The notes under the pieces are model-generated. The model searched no databases and was not told the DNA's origin. It saw only the letters and a list, made by a program, of their open reading frames with translations. A stretch of 38,971 nucleotides of DNA, from assembly GCA_000934665.2 (NCBI GenBank), contig KZ538003.1, positions 124,001 to 162,971 on the forward strand, in the 5' to 3' direction. Source of the stretch: Catajapyx aquilonaris. Taxonomy: Eukaryota. Below are positions 24,610 to 34,079 of the stretch, one piece after another. The position numbers were made by a program, and so were the translations under genes. The first letter of the stretch is position 1, and every line of letters begins with the position of its first letter.

Positions 24610-25228
24610 ATGTAATGGCTGGTTCTTGTCATATATGAATGCCGTGTGACACAGACTTGTGAGACCTTTATTTACTCGTTTTCAAGCATAATAATTATGC
24701 AACCATTTCACTCCAGGAATATTATCCCGTCGGTTTCAACATTCTCGACGTATTTTGTCGCACTAATACAGTATTTCCTATACGAAACTTTCATTGTTAT
24801 CCACGATTAAAATAGTGTTTGCTTTCTGTTATTAGTGACGTATATACGAGTATTATTGGGTGGTAAAAACTATCGTGTTTACACACTGAAACACTTTTCA
24901 TTTTGAGGAAGTGTCGTTTGTCAGACACGCCGGTCCAATTCGGTACGTGAGAGATGCAAGTCTGTAGGGCTAAGCAAAATACACCAGCATGCCACCCAAT
25001 GCTTCGTTAGAATATTGCTTCAATGTGTGGAAAGAGGAAAGCTATCCTGAAATTTGAATGCAACATGCTAAGTGCTTTTCCTCTCCTCGTATATTCATGT
25101 CAACCTACCTATTTTTAATCGCTACATTAAGACAATTAAGTTCTTCCTGGTTGATACTCGCAAAGACATTCAAATTCCAGTCATGGTCATAAAATCCCCC
25201 CCTTAACTTCTGCAGTGCTGCTAGAATC

Positions 25229-27229
25229 ATGAAGCCTCTGTTGGTTGTACTCTGCTGTGTTTTGGCACACACTTCAGCCATAACTCTAGGTAAGTTTGTT
25301 GCAATTTTATGCAGGTGAGGCCTTGTGCATAATGTCCTCAGCTCAAGAGAAAAGGCTTAGTCGATTATTGTTATTGCCAATGGGTTACCCTTTTCTCTAA
25401 ACTGGCTGCTATGCTATAAACTATATCATTCATCTTTCTGTTATTCCAAACCTTCTATTCTCGAAATTCTGTTCACTTGGGAAGTAGTCCTGCTAGTCCT
25501 GCATCATATTTTGGCATAATGCACGTGTAAGTGTCTAAAACCTTTTCCTTATGTCACGTGGTACATGTCACTTGGCAGATGATGCATACACACGATGCAA
25601 AGGAGTGTCACGAGATGAGCTGGAGCCCTGCATCATCCAACTGGTTAATGATCTGAGTCCCCTGATCATCGAAGGCAAGTCGTCCTATCAACACAACATG
25701 TCTATTATTGTGACTGGCAGTCAATGTTAACGCCCATTGCATATTCCTTCCGCGAAACAGGCATTTCTGAATTGGAACTGCAACCTGACACATGCAATCT
25801 TGACCAAATTAACATTGAGCATAAAGCAGGGATCAGTCACTTGACTGCACACTACTACGCTGGGAAATATCGAGGCGTGGAGGAATTTAAGCTGACTCAT
25901 CTGAAGTAAGTTGACACGTCGTACGACACTTGCATTTCAACTGCGACTGTTTCCATTTTGATATAATTATTAGGATTGACTACGACAACAAGCTGGCTGT
26001 TTGGTCCGTCTTATTTCCCGAGCTAGTGGCCTTTGGTACTTATGATATGGATGCCAGAGTGTTGGGATTTCCATTATATGGAAATGGCACATTCTGGTAT
26101 CGCTGGGGTGAGCTTTTACAATAATTATATTTCTTTTACTAATTATTTTGGTCACTCCCAACTGGCGTACAGTACAAATTTTACACATGCATCCTGGTTA
26201 CATCTATGAGAAGTAACATTTTCTCAACAATTTAACTTCATGAAACCTTTTAATTTCCGGTATGACTTAAAATGTTAATGAAATTATCCCTCAATTAGGT
26301 CTATACAGGGTGTATCTGAACTCAGTGCCCCGACGTATATGACTGCCTTCCTAGCCACCAGAGGATCGATTTAAGTATAGGAGTCATATGTCTGGGCAGC
26401 CTCATTACGGAGATAATTGGCCGCAAACATGTAGTACAAAATATCCTGTCGGTTAGGCCACCCATCGAACCCTCCCCCAGTCAGAAGGCTCTGGAAGGTC
26501 TGGGGGCGGGACTTTGTTGGTTCGTTGCCCACAGGTGGTAAGGCCTCCTTGGCTAGTTACAGCAGAAAATTCTATTTAAAAGTCAGAAGGAGCGATTAGG
26601 CAAAAATCGCTAAAGAGTGTATCTCAGTAATGAGGCTGCCCAGACATATGATTCCTATACTTAAATCGATCCTCTGGTGGCTAGGAAGGCAGTCATACAC
26701 GTCGGGGCACTGAGTTCAGATACACCCTGTATATCATTTTTCATGCGTTAGATGCTCGGTTAGAGGTAACCAATGCGTATTAATCCACCCAGTTAGTATG
26801 CACGTCTACGCAGTCTCTCACCTGGCAGTGGAAGAGATTAACGGGGCGTTACACCTCCAGGAGAAGGACACGGAAATGACTACTTTCAGTTACTCGAAAG
26901 CTTCAGCGCGGATGAACAACCTGTACAACGGAGATCCCATCTTACGTAAGTTAGACAACATGAGTACTTCCATCAACCTAATTTTTACTACCCCCAAATA
27001 AACCAACCCAGAAATCGTGCGCTATTCTAACGAGAATGACCTTTCAGAGCAAGGTGCTTCGGCCTTCCTGGACATGAATGTTGACGCTATCATGGACGAA
27101 TTGAAACCCTCGTCTAAGAAGCTGTTCCGAGAACTTACAGGAAATCACGTTAACACTGCTCTAGCCAAGATCAAGCTGGAAGACCTGGCCGGAAGCCAAT
27201 TTATAAAGGAAGCATTTGACATCAATTAG
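25229..27229 (+). CDS. Takeout/JHBP-family secreted protein T8 (256 aa)
   Basis: Exons 25229-25289, 25579-25674, 25761-25905, 25974-26107, 26793-26945 (one extra codon), 27048-27229; open frame; GC donor at 25675. Confidence 0.88.
26306..26729. mobile_element. Tc1/mariner-type MITE (424 bp) with about 108-bp TIRs in T8 intron 4
   Basis: TA|CAGGGTGTATCTGAACTCAGTGCCCCGACG ... CGTCGGGGCACTGAGTTCAGATACACCCTG|TA; empty paralogous site in T9 at ~30331-30350. Confidence 0.92.
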
Positions 27230-28328
27230 ACGCCAGGATCATGCATGGTTCTTGTCACGAATATAATTATAGTGTGGGATATAGGACCATCCTACTTGAC
27301 CTTTATTTGGTCCTTTTCAAGCAGATACAACTATTTAATACGGAATTATTCACTCCAAGATTACAGTATAAGCTTGGACTTTACATGTTACTTACTGTTA
27401 GTGAACAACCAATTATTCACAAATAGCCGTGTTTAAAGAAATAATTATGTAGACTATATTAGGAGTATGTCACCATGTCGTTATCATTAAAAATCCAATA
27501 ATTCATTATTACACTTGTGTGCCTATTTTTTCATGATTTCAGTGAGGATTTGTGTGCCTGTTACTCGTGGCTCTTTGGCAGGTAAACACAGAATACCCAG
27601 ATTCTTGCGACAATCGTTGTAGTGACTTTTTCAGTGATGTCATCAACCTGTGCTTCACTTGTCGATTTTTTATTCATCTAGAGGAGGTCGTCTGCCACTG
27701 CACAATTACTATGACATATTGTCTCTCTAGTCTCTCTAGCAAGGTAACCGACATAGTCCCGCTCGCATTAGTTCGAGAAAACACCAACAAATGTCTCTCT
27801 CGCCAATACCAATGCGTTTGAAATGGCGCCTTTTTTCCAATGAAAACACTGCCTGTTCAAGCCAACATAACTGCTAATAAATTTAACCAATCATGCTCAA
27901 GTGTTTCCTGTGAGCGACCAATCGAAACCGAGTTGCGTCTGTAACTGTCACATGTAAACAAATCTTTCAGTGGGCGATAATTTAATCATGCAGTCGACAT
28001 AATTAAACAGTGTGCAGCATTGCATAATTCAAAATGCGCATGGTAAAATTGCAAACCTGTAATTGCATTTTAAATAAGGGAAAGTAAGCAATACATTTGG
28101 GCAGTGGGCAACACTGTCCTCCTGTGGCCACCTTGATTTTCGTCATTCGCCAAGTTCCTCTGGAGAAAGGAAGTCTGCTGGTTGAGATTTTCAGAAATGG
28201 GAAGGGACTTCTGGACCGTGACCGTGCAGATATAAGAATGTATAATAGTGGTATAATAGGTATAATGGTATAATAAGTATAATGGTAGGTTATATAATAG
28301 GTATAATAGTGAAACTGTTTCAGCCAGT

Positions 28329-28330
<2 letters not shown>

Positions 28331-28369
<39 letters not shown>
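28331..28369. repeat. (AG)n microsatellite, preceded by an imperfect GGTATAAT-like repeat at ~28240-28310
   Basis: Direct reading; a shorter paralogous tract lies at ~32623-32637. Confidence 0.95.
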
Positions 28370-28371
<2 letters not shown>

Positions 28372-28545
28372 ATCTCATCACCCCCAATCTCATGCTGCAC
28401 AAACCATTGTCTGATAATTTCTAGGGAAGTTCAGCAGGAGAAAAATTATTCAAAATATCACCCTTTCATTTTTGCATGAAAAGTAGCATAATTTAAATAC
28501 ACTAGTGCTAGTGGCGTAAAATGCATATTTTGTTGCCCATTACTA

Positions 28546-28908
28546 CGATGGACACTCAAAACAAATTGAGACAGATTTTTTACATGATAAGGAGAATGAT
28601 TAGTTAATGCCTTGCGGTCAGTCATGTCCAGAATGGCTCGAAGTATTAGAACAACAAATTTTCCACTATCCCAGTTCCCAGGTGATGGTGACACACCTGA
28701 AGTAGGCCAAGTTTCACATTCACCTCCGCTCCTATTACCGTAGCACTACCACAGTCATCATACTCGGGACGGTTAATACGTGGCGATCTTCCTGGACAGT
28801 TACTGCACAGGTGGTTTCAATGATCACACCATTGTCAGAACTCTGATGGGAGCCTGCAAACCTACTTCTTTTAAAGCTGACTACCAACTCTCGCTGAATG
28901 ATTTGTAC
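28546..28908 (-). mobile_element. Truncated duplicate of the mariner-derived element at 32812-33503
   Basis: Aligns with ~32812-33172 and ends at the tandem-duplication junction. Confidence 0.7.
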
Positions 28909-29272
28909 TGTACGAGTATTATTGGGTGAAAAATACTATCGTGTTTGCCACACTGAAACACTTTTCATTTTGAGGAAGAGTCGTTTGTCAGATACACCGA
29001 TCCAATTCGGTACTTGAGAGATGCAGGGCTAAGCAAAATTCACCACCATGCCACCCAATGCTTCGTTACAATTGCTTCAATATGTGGAAAGAGGAAATTT
29101 GAATGCAACATGCTAAGTACTCTTCCTCTCCTCGTATATTCATGTCAACCTGCCTATTTTTAATCGCTACATTAAGACAATTAAGTTCTTCCTGGTTGAT
29201 ACTCAAAAAGACATTAAAATTCCAGTCATGTACATAAAATCCACTCATAACTTCTGCAGTGCTGCTCGAATA

Positions 29273-30843
29273 ATGAAGCCCCTGTTGCTGGTTGTACTCT
29301 GCTGTGTTTTGGCACACACTTCAGCCATAACTCTAGGTATGATTGTTGTAATATTATGCAGGTGAGGCCTTGTGTCCTCCGCTCAAGAGAAAAAGCTTAG
29401 TCGATAATTGTCATTGCCAATGGGCTGCACTTTTCTCTAAACTGGCTGCTAAGCTAATATAAACTATATATAGTGTATAATGCACCTTTCTCTCATCTCC
29501 ATCCCCCTATTCTCGAAATTCTGTTCACTTGGAAAGTGGACCTACATCATTTGGCATAAGGTATGCAGAGCTTATTATACGTAAATGTCTGAAACCTTTG
29601 CCTTACGTAAATGGTAGGACATGTCAATTTGCAGATGATGCATACACACGATGCAAAGCAGTGTCACGTGATGAGCTGGAGCCCTGCATCATCCAACTGG
29701 TTAATGATCTGAGTCCCCTGATCATCGAAGGCAAGTCGTCCTATCAACACAACTTGTCTATTGTGACATGCAGTCAATGTTAACTCCCATTGCATTTTCC
29801 TTCCGCGAAACAGGCATTTCTGAATTGGAATTGCAACCTGACACATGCCATTTTGACCAAATTAACTTCGAGCATACGGCAGGGATCAATCACTTGACTG
29901 CACACTACTATGCTGGGAAATATCGAGGGGTGGAGGAATTTAAGCTCACTCATCTGAAGTAAGTTGACAAGTCGTACACTTGCATTTCAACTGCGACTGT
30001 TTCCATTTTGATACATTAGGATTGACTACGACAACAAGCTGGCTGTTTGGTCCGTCTTATTTCCCGAGCTAGTGGCCTTTGGTACTTATGATATGGATGC
30101 CAGTGTGTTGGGATTTCCATTATATGGAAATGGAACATTCTGGTATCGCTGGGGTGAGCTATATTTCTTTCACTCATTTGTCACTCCCAACTGGCATACA
30201 GTATAAGTTTACACATTCATCATAGTTACATCAATGAGAAGTAACATTTTCTCAACAATTTAACTTTATGAAACCTTTTTAGTACCGGTATGACTTAAAA
30301 TGTTAAAGAAATTATTATCACTCAATTATTAGGTCTACATCATTTTTCACGTGTTAGAGGCTCAGTTAGAGGTAACCAGTTAGTATGCACATCTACGGAG
30401 TCTCTCACCTGGCAGTGGAAGAGATCAACGGGGCGTTACACCTCCAGGAAAAGGACACGGAAATTACTTTCAGCTATATGAAAGCTGCATTGCGAATGAA
30501 CAACCTGTACGACGGAGATCCCATCTTACGTAAGTTACATGAGTGATTCCATCTACCTAAATTTTACTACCCCCATTTCCCAATCCTTCGTGGCCTAAGT
30601 TGTCTCGGCTCCTCCCAATAAACCGAACCAGAAATCGTTTCTAACGAGAATGACCTTTCAGAGAAAGGTGCTTCGACCTTCCTGGATATGAATGTGGACG
30701 CTATCATGGACGAATTAAAACCCTCGTCTAAGAAGGTGTTCCGAGAACTTACAGGAAACCACGTGAACACTGCCCTGGCCAAGATAAAGCTGGATGACTT
30801 GGCCGGAAGCCAATTCGTAAAGGAAGCATTTGGCATCAATTAG
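29273..30843 (+). CDS. Takeout/JHBP-family secreted protein T9 (256 aa)
   Basis: Exons 29273-29336, 29635-29730, 29814-29958, 30020-30153, 30380-30529, 30662-30843; open frame; GC donor at 29731; exon 5 acceptor context shortened relative to T8. Confidence 0.82.
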
Positions 30844-31559
30844 ACGCCATGATCATGCATGGTTCATGTAACGAATACAGTGTGGGATAGGACCATTCTA
30901 CCTGACCTTTATTTGGTCCTTTTCAAGCAGATACAACTATTTAATACGGAATTATTCACCCCAAGGATTACATTATAAGCTTGGGCTTCACACCTGTAAT
31001 GAACAACCAATTATTCACAAAAAGCCGTGTTTAAAGAAATAATTATGTAGGCTATATTACGAGTATGTCACCATGTCGTTATAATTAAAAATCCAATTCA
31101 TTATTACACTTGTGTGCTTATTTTTTCGTGATTTCAGTGAAGATTTGTGTGCCTGTTACTCGTGGCTCTTTGGCATCAGGTAAACACAGAATACCCATCA
31201 GTTTCTTGTGACAAACGTTGTAGTCAGTTTTTCAGTGATGTCAGCTACCTGTGCTTCACTTCGTCGATTTTTTATTCATCTAGACATTCTAGAGGAGGTC
31301 GTCTGCCACTGCACTGTATTGGTCCAAAGCACTCACAATCATCACTGCAGCAATTTGGACTATTAATGTCTATATTACGCGGAGAACCTTCGCCAGTAAG
31401 GAGTATCGCCTCACATCGCGTCTGAGAGGTCATAGAGGTCGGTGAAGGTCAAACACCATTATTGTCAATTTTGCTGCATTCTCATGCGCTAAGGTAAGTT
31501 GTAAACCAAGCGTCATGTTTCTAGGTAGAGCAGAAAGAAAATGACTTAATATTAACTTT

Positions 31560-31740
31560 AGCTGTTATTTTGGAGAGCACTATACCTACCCTCCACAATA
31601 TTTATATAGAAAGAGGAAAGCTATCCTGGAATTTGAATGCAAAATTCCAAGCACTGATTTCCTCTCCTCATATTATATTAATGTTACCTTCACGATTAAT
31701 CCCTCCATTAAGACAATTAAGTTCTTCCTGGTTGACTCTT
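31560..31740 (+). promoter_or_regulatory. Orphan takeout promoter relic with no downstream coding exons
   Basis: 31040-31740 aligns with the spacer and promoter upstream of T7 (~22240-22810), including GAGGAAAGCTATCCTGGAATTTGAATGCAA and TTAAGTTCTTCCTG; homology stops about 80 bp before the expected ATG. Confidence 0.7.
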
Positions 31741-31796
31741 ATTTTATTCTAACACATTCAGCTCACAGGCTTTCACGTCACTTCAGCACCCCCCCC

Positions 31797-31804
31797 NNNN
31801 NNNN
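31797..31804. other. Assembly gap within poly-C tract
   Basis: 8 N bases flanked by C runs. Confidence 0.98.
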
Positions 31805-32811
31805 CCCCCCAAAGAGCTTGTCTTTTTCATGTTGCGTCAGTTACATTATATTAATATTTTACAAAGTTAATATTCAAGTTACTGTGGCAAGATTCTAAAA
31901 ATATGGCAATAAGCCACCAGGAGGCAGCTACATGGGAATGATTTTGAATTCCTTTTTCATTAACATTATTTTGCCTTGCAATATCATAAATCCCTTCCAA
32001 ATGTTGCGTCAGTTACTGTGGAATTACCCATAATTATTATGATTTACTGTCTCTCTAGTGTCTCTAGCAAGGACATAATCTCGTTCGCATTAGTTCGAGA
32101 AAATACCAAGATAATTATGGCTCTCTCGCCAATACCAATGCGTTTGAAATGGCGCCTTTTTTCCAATGAAAACACTGCCTGTTCAAGCCAACATAACTGC
32201 TAAGAAATTTAACCAATCATGCTCAAGTGTTTCCTGTGAGCGACCAATCGAAACCGAGTTGCGTCTGTAACTGTCACATGTAAACAAATCTTTCAGTGGG
32301 CGATAATTTAATCATGCAGTCGAGATAATTAAACAGTGTGCAGCATTGAATAATTAAAAATGCGCATGTTAAAATTGCAAACCTGTAATTGCAATTTAAA
32401 TAAGTGAAAGTAGGCAATACCTGTGGGCAACACTGGGCAACACTGTCCTCTTGCGGGCACCACGCCACCTTCATTTTCGTAAATTTTCGTCATTGCCCAT
32501 AGTCCCATAGCCAAGTTCCTCTGGAGAAGGGCAGTCTGCAGGTTGAGCTTTGCAGAAAGGATCGTGTGATCGTGCAGTAATATAAGAAGGTAATATAATG
32601 GTGCAACTGTTTCAGCCAGTGTAGAGAGAGAGAGAGACACCATCTCATCACCCCCATTCTCATGCTGCACAAACCATTGTCGGGTAATTTCCATGGAAGT
32701 TCAACTGGAGAAACATAATTCAGAATCTTTCATTTTTAAATTTGCATGAAAATTAGCGTAATTTAAATGCACAAGTGGTGTAAAATGCATTTTTTGCTAC
32801 CCCATATACTG

Positions 32812-33503
32812 CGAGGGCCACTCAAAACAAATTGAGACTGATTTTTTAAATGTGATAAAGGAGATTAGTTATGACTTGCGGTCAGTCATGTCCAGAATGG
32901 CTTGAAGTATTAGAACAACAAATTTTCCACTATCCCAGGTGATGGTGACACACCTGAAGTAGGTCAAGTTTCACATTCGCCTCCGCTCCTATTACCGTAG
33001 CACTACCACAGTCATCATACTCAGGACGGTTATGTGGCAATCTTCCTGGACAGTTACTGCACAGGTGGTTTCAATGATCACACCTTTGTACACCTTTGTC
33101 AGAACTCTGATGGGAGTCTGCAAACCCACTTCTTTTAAAGCTGACTACCAACCATCGCTGAATGATTTGTACCATCGGAATGCTGTGAAACACTTCTTTA
33201 CAATATGCTTCTCTTAGCTTGTCGTACACCTCCATTGCTGTTGTCTTCGAACGGATAAAACCTCAATGCTGAATATTGGTCCTAATTACTGATCTTCTGG
33301 CAGAGCGGAGGCAAATGTGAACCTACAGTGTTTCTACTTCTGGTGTCGCTATTGCCTTGGATCATGGAATATTCCAACAGGAAGTATAGGATCCTAATAC
33401 TTCAAGCCATTCTGGACACAATGCCACTCACTGCGAGCAAGTCATGAAGTGATTCTCTTTATCACATAAAAAAGGAGTCTCAATTTGTTTTGACTCCTCC
33501 TTG
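32812..33503 (-). mobile_element. Degenerate mariner-derived element with long inverted ends around a transposase N-terminal remnant
   Basis: Inverted ends TCAAAACAAATTGAGACT ... TGTCCAGAATGGCTTGAAGTATTAG ... TTCACATTCGCCTCCGCTC are mirrored at ~33300-33503. Minus-strand fragments KTTAMEVYDKLREAY, AFRWYKSFSDG and VQEDCHITV resemble the mariner HTH region, with stops and frameshifts. Confidence 0.72.
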
Positions 33504-33823
33504 TATGTCCAGAGCAAGGACGAATAAATCAAGGCCAAAAAATGTATGGCGTTTATAATAATTGGTTCCTACATTTCTTGTCACATACGAGGAACTACTC
33601 ACTGTGTCTCAATTTGTGTGTATGAAATAAGTGCTCCTTTTCAAAAGAATGATAGTGACTCGAAAGAAACATTTTTTGCCAATACACTTGGTGCCCCAGA
33701 CGCATTATGCCAGAAAAAGAGGGTTTTCATGCGTCATACACTTAATAACCATATAGTAATACCATAGTAACCACCATGGTTACTAATATTTAGACATTCA
33801 CTCATGCATTTTGCTGACTGTGA

Positions 33824-34006
33824 AGCGGCGTTTACAAGTGAGCGATTTGACGAGTGAGGTTGTCGCTGAGCGAAGTAACCAATATTGTTTGAGGTGAAAG
33901 TAACAATCTATTTTCGCCTCAAACAATACTGGTTACTCGGGTTACTCAGCGATGTTATCGCTCGGCGATGACATCACACGATCAAATCACTCACATATGC
34001 ACCTTC
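33824..34006. mobile_element. Old palindromic MITE-like element immediately upstream of the Kelch ORF
   Basis: Core AGTAACCAATATTGTTTGAGGTGAAAGTA (33874-33902) mirrors TATTTTCGCCTCAAACAATACTGGTTACT (33909-33937); outer arms GTGAGCGATTTGA / TCAAATCACTCAC; TGA on both flanks (possibly PIF/Harbinger-like). Confidence 0.6.
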
Positions 34007-34079
34007 TGAAGGCCTGTTGCCAGAAAGTTCAATAATACTGGTAATACCATATTGTGCTGGTTTCGTTACAGCCTGTGTC

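Noticed and set aside
28070..28402. 110-aa ORF with SLSLSL run
   Set aside because: Translation of the AG microsatellite and adjacent low-complexity DNA.
5096..30839. Recurring minus-strand ORFs such as MPNASLMNSLPARSSSLILA
   Set aside because: Antisense shadows of takeout exon 6 (and exons 2-3); they recur only because the sense exons are duplicated.
1..30843. Dscam-style alternative-exon cassette in a single gene
   Set aside because: Each intact unit has its own promoter block, ATG, signal peptide, full exon set and stop codon, so these are separate genes.
34017..34079. N-terminal extension of the Kelch ORF from a TTG start
   Set aside because: The ORF track uses prokaryotic alternative starts; the first ATG is at 34080 in a reasonable context.
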